Positions 7,849 to 16,541 of a DNA stretch of 64,000 nt are shown piece by piece. Source of the DNA: Myxococcota bacterium (GTDB lineage: Bacteria; Myxococcota_A; UBA9160; UBA4427); the NCBI GenBank assembly GCA_041389425.1, contig JAWKRX010000003.1, positions 6,597 to 70,596 on the forward strand, written 5' to 3'. The notes beneath the pieces are model-generated. The model was not told where the DNA came from. It saw nothing but the letters and a program-made list of their open reading frames with translations, and did no database searches. Positions within the stretch are counted from its first letter, which is position 1. Each line of letters begins with the position of its first letter. Made by a program: the position numbers and the translations under genes.

Positions 7849-9201
7849 ATGGAGCGCGATCCGATTCAGACGATGGAGAAGGGCCGGAATGGACGGGGGG
7901 TGGACGAGCGCGGCGACGTGAGGCGGCGGGTCTACGTCGTCGACGGCGCGCGGACACCGTTCCTCAAGGCGCGCGGCGAGCCGGGGCCGTTCACGCCGGT
8001 CGACCTCGCGGTGCAGTGTGGGCGGCCCCTGCTGCTGCGCCAGCCCTTCGAGCCCGACGCCTTCGATCAGGTGATCCTGGGCTGTGTCAACGTGATCGCC
8101 GACGAGATGAACCCCGCGCGGATCGCCGCCCTGCGCCTCGGGACCGGCGATGCGACGGTGGCTTACACCGTCCAGATCAACTGCGGCTCCGGCATGCAAT
8201 CGATCGACAGCGCGTTCAGGAGCATCCAGCGAGGCGAGAGCGATCTGGTTCTCGCGGGCGGGGCGGAGGCGCTGAGTCACGCGCCCCTGGTCTTTCGCCG
8301 GGATGCGGTGCATTGGTTCGCGAGCCTCGGCGCCGCCGACGGCGCGCTGGACGCCGCGCGGGCCGCCGTCGGCTTTCGTCCGGAGTTCCTGAAGCCGGTC
8401 GTCGGGCTCGAACGCGGCCTCACCGATCCGATCAGCGATCTCAACATGGGCCAGACGGCCGAAGTCCTGGCGCACCTGTTCGAGGTGTCGCGCGAGGAGG
8501 CGGATGGCTACGCGCTCGAGAGTCATAGGCGCCTGGCCCGGGCGCACGCGGAAGGGCGCTTCGTCGGCGAGCTGGAGCCCGCATTCTCGCCCGATGGCCG
8601 GATCTTCGAGCGCGACGACGGCGTTCGGCCGGATACCAGCATGGAGGCGCTCGCGAAGCTCGCGCCGGCATTCGAAAAGCCGTGGGGCAAGCTCACCGCC
8701 GGCAATTCTTCGCAGATCACGGATGGTGCGTCCTGGGTGATCCTGGCTTCGGAAGAAGCGCTGAAGCGGTACGGCCTCGAGCCCCGCGCCGAGATCGTCG
8801 ACAGCGCATGGACCGCGCTCTCGCCGCGCATCATGGGCCTCGCGCCCGTCTCGTGCGTGACGCAGCTGCTCCTGGCGCGCGACCTCACGCTCGCCGACAT
8901 CGAGCTCTGGGAGATCAACGAGGCCTTCGCCGCGCAGGTGCTGGCTTGTCTCGAAGCATGGCACTCGCCGGATTTCCGCCGCGACGTACTCGGCCTGGAT
9001 CGTGATTTCGGCGGCATCGGGCGCGAGCGGCTCAACGTCGATGGCGGCGCCATCGGCCTCGGTCATCCCGTCGGCGCGAGCGGCAATCGCATCGTGTTGC
9101 ATCTGGTGAACGCACTGCGGCGCGAAGGGCGCAAGCTCGGCGTGGCGAGCGAGTGCATCGGCGGCGGCCAGGGGGGCGCCATGCTGATCGAGGCCCTTTG
9201 A
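7849..9201 (+). CDS. Acetyl-CoA C-acyltransferase (3-ketoacyl-CoA thiolase, FadA/FadI type)
   Basis: Thiolase motifs are present: VQINCGSGMQS (active Cys), GLGHPVGASG, CIGGGQGGAMLIE. The true start is ambiguous among in-frame ATG/GTG codons between 7849 and 7918. Confidence 0.9.
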   Translation: MERDPIQTMEKGRNGRGVDERGDVRRRVYVVDGARTPFLKARGEPGPFTPVDLAVQCGRPLLLRQPFEPDAFDQVILGCVNVIADEMNPARIAALRLGTGDATVAYTVQINCGSGMQSIDSAFRSIQRGESDLVLAGGAEALSHAPLVFRRDAVHWFASLGAADGALDAARAAVGFRPEFLKPVVGLERGLTDPISDLNMGQTAEVLAHLFEVSREEADGYALESHRRLARAHAEGRFVGELEPAFSPDGRIFERDDGVRPDTSMEALAKLAPAFEKPWGKLTAGNSSQITDGASWVILASEEALKRYGLEPRAEIVDSAWTALSPRIMGLAPVSCVTQLLLARDLTLADIELWEINEAFAAQVLACLEAWHSPDFRRDVLGLDRDFGGIGRERLNVDGGAIGLGHPVGASGNRIVLHLVNALRREGRKLGVASECIGGGQGGAMLIEAL

Positions 9202-9239
9202 TGGGGACCGGGCAGGACATGCAGGGACGGAGGAACAAC

Positions 9240-11336
9240 ATGGACGACTTCTGGAGCGCGCTCGAAGATCGCGAGCGGGAGCTGGGGCCGGAGGATGCCC
9301 GCTCGGCCGGCGCGTGGGCCCATTGGCGGCTCGGCCGAGAGGGCGACATCGCCTGGCTGATCGCCGATCGTCGGGACGCCCGGGTCAACACGCTGTCCGA
9401 GCCGGTGATGGCGGAGCTGGACGAAGCGCTCGCGCAGATCGAGCGCGACGCGCCCAAGGCGCTGGTGATCCGCTCGGCGAAGCGCGCCGGCTTCTTCGCC
9501 GGCGCCGACGTCCGCGAGCTGATGCATCTGCGCAGCGCATCCGAAGCGCGGGCGCAGCTCTCCCGGGCGCACGCGATCGTCGACCGCCTGGAGGCGCTGA
9601 AGATGCGCACGCTGGCCGTGCTGCACGGCCACGTGCTCGGCGGTGGCCTCGAGCTGGCGCTCGCCTGCGATCATCGGATCGTCGCCGGCGACGCGCGGCT
9701 GGGCTTTCCCGAAATCCACCTCGGGCTGCACCCCGGGCTGGGCGGGCTCGGACGCCTGCTCGCGCTCGTCGATCCGCTCGAAGCCATGCGCATGATGCTG
9801 ACCGGCAAGGCGATCGATCCGCAGAAGGCGCTCGCGCTCGGGCTGGTCGATGCCGTGACGGAAGAGCGGCACGTGCGCGCGGCGGTGCGCGACGCCGCCG
9901 AGACCGGCTTCGAGGGCCACAAGCCGACGCTCAAGGAGCGCATCCAATCTCCCCTGCTCGCGTCGCACGGTGCGCGCAAGCTCGCCGCGGATCGGATGCG
10001 CTCGGAAGCAGCCCGGAAGGCGCCTCCGGAGCACTATCCGGCGCCCGCTGCGCTGATCCAGATGTGGGAAGACCATGCCGGGGATCCGGAGGAGCTGCGC
10101 AGCCGGGAGATCGAATCGTTCGCGCAGCTGGTGACCGGGCGGACGGCGCAGAATCTGCTCCGTGTCTTCACCAGCCGGGAGAAGATGAAGCACCGCTCCG
10201 ATTCAGCGCCGCCGCCGCGCCATGTGCACGTGATCGGCGCCGGGGCGATGGGGGGCGACATCGCCGCGTGGTGCGCATGGAGCGGCCTGCGCGTGAGCCT
10301 CACGGACCTGGAACCGACCGCCATCGCCAGCGCGATCGGACGCGCCGCCGAGCTCTTCGCGAAGCTCGGGCACGACGGCATCGCGACCCGCGACGCACGA
10401 GACCGACTGATCCCCGACCCCGCCGCTGCCGGCGTCGCGCACGCCGACATCGTGATCGAGGCCGCTCCGGAAAATCTCGAGCTCAAACGGAAGCTCTACG
10501 CGGAGATCGAGCCCCGCATGAAGCCGAACGCAGTCCTGGCGACCAATACCTCGTCGCTCCCGCTGGAAGAGCTGCGCGGATCGCTGCGCCGCGCCGGCCG
10601 GCTGATCGGCCTGCATTTCTTCAATCCGGCGACGCGCATGGAGCTGGTGGAGCTGGTCCGCCACGATGGCGTGGAGGCGGACGCACTCGCCACGGGCCGC
10701 GCGCTGCTCGAAGCGATCGACCACGTCCCCGCAGCGGTCCGCAGCGCACCGGGCTTCCTGGTCAATCGCGCGCTGACGCCGTACCTGATCGAGGCCATGG
10801 CGCTGCTGGAGGAAGGTCACGCAGCGGAGACGATCGATGCCGCCGCCGAGCGGTTCGGCATGCCGAGGGGGCCGATCGCGCTCGCGGACCTGGTCGGTCT
10901 CGACGTCTGCGCTGCCGTCGCGGACTCGCTGCGCCGGCAGCTCGATCGGCCGCTACCGGCGCCGTCGCGTCGGCTGCGGGAGCAGCTCGAGAAAGGCCTG
11001 TTGGGCAAGAAGACCGGACGGGGCTTCTATCGCTGGCGCGACGGCGAACCGGTGAAGCGGAACAATCTCCCGGCGCCGACACAGGAAATCGCCGACCGTC
11101 TGATCCTGCCGATGATCGATGCCTGCCTCGAATGCCTGCGCACGGGCGTGGCCGAGGACGAGCAGGTGATCGACGCCGCGCTCGTGCTCGGCGCCGGCTT
11201 CGCGCCCTTCCGGGGTGGCCCGATCCAGCATGCGCGCAGCGCGGGTCCCCGCCTTCTGCACGGGCGGATGTGGGCGCTGTCCGAGAAGGTCGGTGAGCGA
11301 TTCTGTCCGGATCCGGGGTGGGATCGGCTGCTCTGA
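9240..11336 (+). CDS. Multifunctional fatty-acid oxidation alpha subunit (enoyl-CoA hydratase + 3-hydroxyacyl-CoA dehydrogenase, FadB/FadJ type)
   Basis: N-terminal crotonase fold followed by a HVIGAGAMGGDIA Rossmann domain and 3HCDH C-terminal domains. ATG at 9240 (MDDFWS) is preceded by GGAGG. The thiolase-first order resembles fadIJ. Confidence 0.9.
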   Translation: MDDFWSALEDRERELGPEDARSAGAWAHWRLGREGDIAWLIADRRDARVNTLSEPVMAELDEALAQIERDAPKALVIRSAKRAGFFAGADVRELMHLRSASEARAQLSRAHAIVDRLEALKMRTLAVLHGHVLGGGLELALACDHRIVAGDARLGFPEIHLGLHPGLGGLGRLLALVDPLEAMRMMLTGKAIDPQKALALGLVDAVTEERHVRAAVRDAAETGFEGHKPTLKERIQSPLLASHGARKLAADRMRSEAARKAPPEHYPAPAALIQMWEDHAGDPEELRSREIESFAQLVTGRTAQNLLRVFTSREKMKHRSDSAPPPRHVHVIGAGAMGGDIAAWCAWSGLRVSLTDLEPTAIASAIGRAAELFAKLGHDGIATRDARDRLIPDPAAAGVAHADIVIEAAPENLELKRKLYAEIEPRMKPNAVLATNTSSLPLEELRGSLRRAGRLIGLHFFNPATRMELVELVRHDGVEADALATGRALLEAIDHVPAAVRSAPGFLVNRALTPYLIEAMALLEEGHAAETIDAAAERFGMPRGPIALADLVGLDVCAAVADSLRRQLDRPLPAPSRRLREQLEKGLLGKKTGRGFYRWRDGEPVKRNNLPAPTQEIADRLILPMIDACLECLRTGVAEDEQVIDAALVLGAGFAPFRGGPIQHARSAGPRLLHGRMWALSEKVGERFCPDPGWDRLL

Positions 11337-11463
11337 ACGAGGAGCAGGCGCACGTTCGCCGCGGCCAGAACGATGAGGAATGGCTCCCCTGCGAGCGCGT
11401 GTATCGAACTCTTTGGGTGGCCCCAGAGGAGAGCTTCGGCGCGCTCTCGACGGTGTGGACGCG

Positions 11464-11507
11464 ATCCGGCTTTCGGCGTGACACCGATCGATCGTCGAAA
11501 GCCGGAT
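11464..11507. repeat. Long inverted repeat: 12-bp perfect stem (ATCCGGCTTTCG / CGAAAGCCGGAT) with a 20-nt loop
   Basis: Read from the sequence. It is followed by TTTC. It lies 128 nt after the fadB/J-like stop and about 190 nt before the PEP-CTERM gene. It may be a terminator or a leader structure. Confidence 0.4.
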
Positions 11508-11700
11508 TTCAACCGCGGTCCCGAGCGCGGCGACTGCCTGATTCTCCAATTGACACGGATCGCCGTAGGGTCGAGAGTGTTCGTGCCGCGATCGGCGATT
11601 CCGAGCCCTTCCCGTCGACCTCGCCCGGTGCGGCGCGTCGTGCCCGAGCCCGGAGATCCCGCGCCCGAATCTCGGCCAGTCGGACTCGAGGGAGGATCGA

Positions 11701-12870
11701 ATGCGTTCGAGGATGCGCTCGAGAAAGGCGCTGCTCGTCGCCCTCGCCGGGCTGACGGGCGGACTCGCGGGGTCGAGCGCGGCATCGGCGCAGGTCCTCG
11801 TCGGCCTGCAGCAGCGTCTGTTCCAGAAATACAGCAACGGTCGAATGGGTCCCGATGTGGTGCCCTGCTGCCTCGCGACGTCGATGAATCCGGTCCCAAC
11901 CGTCGACGCGCGCACCGAAGGCTCGCTCATGAGTCCCCACTTCTCCGAGTACAAGAATCGGACCGCGATGGTCGGAAACCTCCTCGGACTCGGAACGCCG
12001 GCCGCCTTGTCCGGAAACGGTCCGCCCTGGTACGGCCTCTACAACACGTCCGGCGGCGTCACGATCCGGGCCGGACGCTACACGACCCGGTATACGCAGA
12101 TGGTCCTATTTCCCAATGCCACACTACGGCGTTTATCGACCTTCCTCGATCGGTCCGTTCAGGATCAGGTCCTGCGTCCCGGCGGCGGACCGGGTGAATT
12201 CCGATATGAAGCGTGGCGACACGCCCCGGATCGACCGACGTTCCGGGATCCGACGACTTGGCTGCCCTATCCGTCGATGGCCGGTCAGATCTCGGTCGGG
12301 GCGGGGCCGAACCAGTTCGGCGGGACGCGCTCGATCGTTCAAGAGGAGGTCGGGATCGCCGTCGCGGAGCACTTCGGCCTCGGGTACCGCCTCCAGGTCC
12401 CGTTCGAAAAGGGCCCCGGCACGTTCTTCACCCCGCTGAACGTCGTTCGACGCGCGACCGCGAGCGGAACCTACGCGCACCTCACGATTCCGTCGCCGAT
12501 GGCGACGACGGGCATGGTGATCTTGGAGGGACAACTCACCGCCTGGTTCACGATCCTGCCCTACACGACCGGCTGGGTGTTTGTGAGCGCCCCGACCGGG
12601 TCGATCCACACCGACTTCGAGTACCGATCGGAAATGGGCTTCAACGATCTCCACGCGACGAGCATGGGGGGAGTCACGGGCCAGCTCCAGCTGGTCTCGG
12701 CGCATCTGGTGCAGTCTCGCGGCCCCATCAACCAGAGCCACGCCGGCACGCACATGACCCGGATCACTTTCACGCCGGAGCCCGCATCGGCGGTGCTGCT
12801 CGGTGCGGGCGCGCTCGTCCTGGTCGCGTCGATCGGGCGCGACGCCGCGCGCGCGCGCATGCGCCGCTGA
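11701..12870 (+). CDS. PEP-CTERM sorting-domain secreted protein (unknown function)
   Basis: Signal peptide MRSRMRSRKALLVALAGLTGGLAGSSAASA. The C-terminus TPEPASAVLLGAGALVLVASIGRDAARARMRR reads as PEP motif + TM helix + Arg cluster. Confidence 0.8.
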   Translation: MRSRMRSRKALLVALAGLTGGLAGSSAASAQVLVGLQQRLFQKYSNGRMGPDVVPCCLATSMNPVPTVDARTEGSLMSPHFSEYKNRTAMVGNLLGLGTPAALSGNGPPWYGLYNTSGGVTIRAGRYTTRYTQMVLFPNATLRRLSTFLDRSVQDQVLRPGGGPGEFRYEAWRHAPDRPTFRDPTTWLPYPSMAGQISVGAGPNQFGGTRSIVQEEVGIAVAEHFGLGYRLQVPFEKGPGTFFTPLNVVRRATASGTYAHLTIPSPMATTGMVILEGQLTAWFTILPYTTGWVFVSAPTGSIHTDFEYRSEMGFNDLHATSMGGVTGQLQLVSAHLVQSRGPINQSHAGTHMTRITFTPEPASAVLLGAGALVLVASIGRDAARARMRR

Positions 12871-12950
12871 TCCGTAGCGCTCGGATCGCTGCGACGATCG
12901 CGGTCCCGTTCGTGTACGCCGGACGCGACCCGAGCGGGCGTGGGCCAGAA

Positions 12951-13026
12951 TGGCTCCCCGGGCAGGACTCGAACCTGCGACAAGGCGGTTAACAGCCGCC
13001 TGCTCTACCAGCTGAGCTACCGGGGA
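12951..13026 (-). tRNA. tRNA-Asn: tRNA-Asn (anticodon GTT), CCA encoded
   Basis: I folded it by hand. Acceptor stem is TCCCCGG/CCGGGGA, D stem GCTC/GAGC, anticodon stem GGCGG/CCGCC with loop CTGTTAA, and T stem GCAGG/CCTGC with loop TTCGAGT. Length is 76 nt. Confidence 0.93.
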
Positions 13027-13047
13027 ACGGGATGCTCGGGCGCGCGG

Positions 13048-13075
13048 AGTTTAGTGCGGGGCGACCCTTCCGCAA
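13048..13075 (-). promoter_or_regulatory. Candidate sigma-70 promoter for tRNA-Asn (TTGCGG-N16-TAAACT) with a GC-rich discriminator
   Basis: Read on the minus strand as ttgcgg aagggtcgccccgcac taaact, about 21 nt upstream of the mature tRNA 5' end. Confidence 0.35.
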
Positions 13076-13160
13076 CGCTCAGGGACCGGCAGAATCGGGC
13101 GGATCGCCGAAAGCTTCGCGACGCCCCGCACCCGGGCGGGCGCCCCTCGCGGGCCACCGC

Positions 13161-13643
13161 TCAGGCGTCTCCGACCGTGATTTCGACGACCTCGAGCTCC
13201 CGCCGGCCCTTGGGCACCTTGACGCTGACCTCGTCGCCGACGGCCTTGTTCATCAGGGCCTGGGCGACCGGGGAGGTGATCGAGATGCGGCCCTGCTTCG
13301 CGTCGGCCTCGTCCTCGCCGACGATCGTGTAGCGGATCTTCTCGTCGGTCTCGGTATCGAGCAGCTCGACGGTGGCTCCGAAGCGGACCTTGTCCGGGGA
13401 CTGGCCGGCGGTATCGATGACCTGCGCTCGGGCGATCTTGTCGTCGAGTTGGGCGATGCGGGCCGCGATGTGGCCCTGCTTCTCCTTGGCAGCGTGGTAC
13501 TCGGCGTTCTCGGACAGGTCGCCGTGGGCGATCGCGGTCTCGATCTCCTTGACGTTCGCGGGCCGGTCGACGCTCTTGAGGCGCTGGAGCTCGGCCTTCA
13601 GGGCTTCGTAGCCGCGCTGGGTCATCGGCACTCGTTGCGACAT
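13161..13643 (-). CDS. greA: Transcription elongation factor GreA
   Basis: The 160-aa C-terminal part of a longer spurious ORF reads MSQRVPMTQRGYEALKAELQRLK...GDLSENAEYHAAKE...SPVAQALMNK. This is unmistakably GreA. Confidence 0.95.
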   Translation of the reverse strand: MSQRVPMTQRGYEALKAELQRLKSVDRPANVKEIETAIAHGDLSENAEYHAAKEKQGHIAARIAQLDDKIARAQVIDTAGQSPDKVRFGATVELLDTETDEKIRYTIVGEDEADAKQGRISITSPVAQALMNKAVGDEVSVKVPKGRRELEVVEITVGDA

Positions 13644-13958
13644 GGTCTTCTCCGGTCGGTTCTCGGGGCCTGGCTCGGGCAGGTTCGGGGGGCCGGGATG
13701 GACCACCGCGACCTCGCGGTGCCCAGCGCGCCCGGGCTCGGGGCGGGTGGGCGCGAGGGGTCGCCCGAATGGCTGGCCGGTCGCTGCCCGGCCGCTTTGA
13801 TCGTGCTTCGGCGAGTCCGACGATTGCGTGCGGACTTCGCATCGATTCGACGGGGGGTGGGCTGAAGTCGTTCTCAGTCGATCGGCGGAGTAGGCTACCC
13901 AGCGTGCGCAGCCGGGGCAAGCAATTTCCCTCTGGGGTGCTGCCGCTACTGGGGAAGG

Positions 13959-14594
13959 ATGAGGAATCGGATGGGGGAGCGGGGAGAGGGAGGCCGGAAC
14001 GAAGACGCGCCCTCGCGGTCGCCGGGCGGGATCGTGCGGATGGGCCTCTTCTTCTACGGGGCGATGGGGATCGCGGCGCTGCTCTGGCGGATGGCGACCC
14101 CCGGCGAGTCGATCCTCTACCCCTCCGCGGAAGCGGCGGCCCGGGCCTGGTCGCTTCCTGCGGCACTCGGCGCGGGCGTGGCCGCAGGACTGGTGGCGAT
14201 CGGGGTCTCGGAGGCGCTGACGCGCTGGACCGCGCTCGGGCGCGCGCTCTCGGATCTGCTGGCGGAGAGCATCGGGCCCCTCGATCGCGCCAACGCCTGG
14301 CTGCTCGCCCTCGCGAGCGGGCTCGCCGAGGAGATGTTCTTTCGCGGCGCGCTGCAGCCGCAGGTCGGGCTCCTGCTCGCGAGCCTGCTGTTCGGGGCGG
14401 CGCATTTCATGCCGCGCCGGGAGCTCGTGCTCTGGAGCGTCTTCGCGGTCCTGATCGGCCTCGGGCTGGGCGCGCTCTTCGAATGGACGGGGCAGCTCGC
14501 CGCGCCGGTCGCCGCCCACGTCCTCGTGAACGGCGTCAACCTGCCGCGGCTCGCGCGCCGTGCGAAGGGCGCGGGCTCAGTCGCAGAGGGCTAG
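13959..14594 (+). CDS. CPBP-family intramembrane glutamic endopeptidase (CAAX protease/Abi type)
   Basis: Motifs EEMFFRG and FGAAH sit in a polytopic membrane protein. The start may be a downstream Met or Val. Confidence 0.85.
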   Translation: MRNRMGERGEGGRNEDAPSRSPGGIVRMGLFFYGAMGIAALLWRMATPGESILYPSAEAAARAWSLPAALGAGVAAGLVAIGVSEALTRWTALGRALSDLLAESIGPLDRANAWLLALASGLAEEMFFRGALQPQVGLLLASLLFGAAHFMPRRELVLWSVFAVLIGLGLGALFEWTGQLAAPVAAHVLVNGVNLPRLARRAKGAGSVAEG

Positions 14595-14634
14595 TCACAA
14601 AGGGATCAGGCACAAAGGGCTCAGTCACAAAGGG
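14576..14634. repeat. Four tandem ~15-bp repeats (consensus CTCAGTCACAAAGGG)
   Basis: Units read as CTCAGTCGCAGAGGG / CTAGTCACAAAGGG / ATCAGGCACAAAGGG / CTCAGTCACAAAGGG. They span the convergent 3' ends of the CPBP gene (stop 14592-14594) and the RidA-like gene (stop 14621-14623). Confidence 0.8.
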
Positions 14635-15034
14635 CAACGGCATCGATCTCGACCCGCGCACCTAACGGCAGCGACGCGACGCCGACGGTCACCCGCGCGG
14701 GCGCGGGCTCCGCGCCGAAGAACTCGCCGTAGATCGCGTTGACCCGGGGAAAGAGCGAGAGGTCCGTCAGGTAGACCGTCGCCTTGACGACGCGGTCGAA
14801 GCCGCTGCCCGCGGCCTCGAGCACGGCGCCGAGGTTCGCGAGGACCTGGCGCGCCTCGTCCTCGATCTCGCCGCTCACCATCTTGCCGCTCGCGGGATCG
14901 AGCGGAATCTGCCCGGAAGCGAAGAGCCAGCCACCGGCGCGGATGGCCTGCGAATAGGGGCCGACCGGAGCGGGCGCTCCGCTCGTTCGGACGACTTCTC
15001 GTTGCTGGCCGGGCTTGCTGGACGGGCTGGACAT
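14621..15034 (-). CDS. RidA/YjgF-family reactive-intermediate deaminase
   Basis: The 137-aa tail of a longer spurious ORF has PVGPYSQAI..GQIPLDP..ARQVLANL..KATVYL..PARVTVGV..LP.GA.VEID. ATG is at 15034. Confidence 0.92.
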   Translation of the reverse strand: MSSPSSKPGQQREVVRTSGAPAPVGPYSQAIRAGGWLFASGQIPLDPASGKMVSGEIEDEARQVLANLGAVLEAAGSGFDRVVKATVYLTDLSLFPRVNAIYGEFFGAEPAPARVTVGVASLPLGARVEIDAVALCD

Positions 15035-15144
15035 GACTTTGAACCGCTCCTTGAGAAGGGCTCGTCCCGGCGCCGCTGCGGATCCGATCTGGATCCGAGA
15101 CGCCGCCGAAACGGCGGGAGCGGCCGGCGCGAAGGCCCGCCGGA

Positions 15145-15393
15145 TCAGGCGAGCGGTTCGGTGACCAGGCGCTCTTCGAGGACGCGGATCAGATAGCCGA
15201 AGAGGAGCAGGTTGGGCAGCCTCCCGCGCGCATCGCCCACGATGCCGGCGCCGTCGGCGAAGGCCTCGGCGTAGCGCGAGAAGAACTCGATCGTCTCGAA
15301 GGGGACGTTCTTCGCGAGCATCTCGTTGACGCGCTCGGTCGGGAGCTCGTCGAAGATCTCCGCGAACTCGGAAGCAATCTCGTCCGGGGTCAT
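15145..15393 (-). CDS. Hypothetical acidic protein (82 aa)
   Basis: Internal Met (MTPDEIASEF...) is preceded by GGAGG with 5-nt spacing. Good GC3. No family recognised. Confidence 0.5.
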   Translation of the reverse strand: MTPDEIASEFAEIFDELPTERVNEMLAKNVPFETIEFFSRYAEAFADGAGIVGDARGRLPNLLLFGYLIRVLEERLVTEPLA

Positions 15394-15513
15394 GTCGCCT
15401 CCAAGCGAAGCGTCTTCGAGCGGCAGGGTCTCCGGGATAGAGAGCGCGTCGAAACGGCTCGATCTTCCCACCGGCGTCCGGCGATGTCAACGGCGGAGCG
15501 TGTCCGAATAGCG

Positions 15514-15555
15514 TGCGCGAATCGGCGTCTGCGCGAATCGCTCGGGCGATTCGCG
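15514..15555. repeat. Three copies of a 9-11-nt element (TGCGCGAATCG x2 direct, CGATTCGCG inverted)
   Basis: Direct repeats lie at 15514-15524 and 15530-15540, and the inverted copy at 15547-15555. The element sits between the rarD stop and the 82-aa gene start. It could form two mutually exclusive hairpins or act as a protein-binding site. Confidence 0.6.
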
Positions 15556-15629
15556 GAGGCTGCGGATCGCTTGCGCGCGGCGCGCGTGACGAATGCCGAG
15601 CGCGGGCGCGGGTCCCGGTCGGGAGTTGC

Positions 15630-16538
15630 CTATTGCGGAACGATGCCGCGCATGCGCAACACCGCATCGAAGAGGAAGAGGCCGAGTGCGACCCAGACGA
15701 GCGAAAAACCGATCGCGGCCTCGCGCGTGAACGGCTCGCCGTAATGGAGCGTCGCGAGCAGGAAGGTGAGCGTCGGTGCGATGTACTGGAACATGCCGAT
15801 CACGATGAGCGGCAGGCGGCGCGTCGAAGCGTGGAACAGCAGCAGCGGCAGCGCGGTGACGGGCCCGGAGAGCGAGACCGCGAAATGGGCCATCGGCGTC
15901 GCGTCGGCGAGAGCGGAGGTGCCCTGGACGAAGAGCAGGGCGAGCGCCGCGAGCGCGATCGGCGAGAGCACCATCATCTCGCGCACGAGCCCGCCGAGGG
16001 GCGGCTGTGGTCGCAGCTTGTGGACGAGGCCGTAGAGGGCGAACGTCGCGGCGAGCACGAGCGAGATCCACGGGAGCTCCCCCGCCCGGATCGCCATCGC
16101 GGCCACACCGCCCGCGGCAGTCGCGACCGAGAGGGCCCGGAGCCGCGATAAACGCTCGCCGAGCACGAGCATCCCGAGCAGCACGCTCATCAGCGGGTTG
16201 ATGAAGTAGCCGAGGCTGGTCGCGAGGACGCGCCCGGTCTGCACGGCGTAGATGAAGACGCCCCAATTGACCGCGATCAGCGACGCGGCGGCGAGGTTCC
16301 AGGCCCAGGCGCGCGCGCCGCGCTCGGCGATCTCGTGGCGGCGCCCGCCGAGCATCAGCACGCAGACCGACACGACGAGGGTCCAGAGCACCCGCGCGAT
16401 CAGCATTTCGTGGGACGGGACGACGTCGACGGCCTTCCAGTAGACCGGCACGATGCCCCAGAGCGAATAGCAGGACACGACCAGCAGGATGCCACTCGGC
16501 GAGAGACGACCGGATCCGGGAGGGGGCGGGCTCGCCAT
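15630..16538 (-). CDS. rarD: EamA/DMT-family transporter RarD
   Basis: 302 aa with 10 TM helices. RarD-typical N-terminus (YSLWGIVPVYWK) and YFINPL motif. Confidence 0.88.
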   Translation of the reverse strand: MASPPPPGSGRLSPSGILLVVSCYSLWGIVPVYWKAVDVVPSHEMLIARVLWTLVVSVCVLMLGGRRHEIAERGARAWAWNLAAASLIAVNWGVFIYAVQTGRVLATSLGYFINPLMSVLLGMLVLGERLSRLRALSVATAAGGVAAMAIRAGELPWISLVLAATFALYGLVHKLRPQPPLGGLVREMMVLSPIALAALALLFVQGTSALADATPMAHFAVSLSGPVTALPLLLFHASTRRLPLIVIGMFQYIAPTLTFLLATLHYGEPFTREAAIGFSLVWVALGLFLFDAVLRMRGIVPQ

Positions 16539-16541
16539 CGA

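Noticed and set aside
12871-13160. tRNA-Asn as an integration hotspot, or the edge of a genomic island next to the lower-GC PEP-CTERM gene.
   Set aside because: No integrase, no excisionase, and no direct repeat of the tRNA 3' end was spotted nearby. The flanking genes (greA, fad genes) are core-like.
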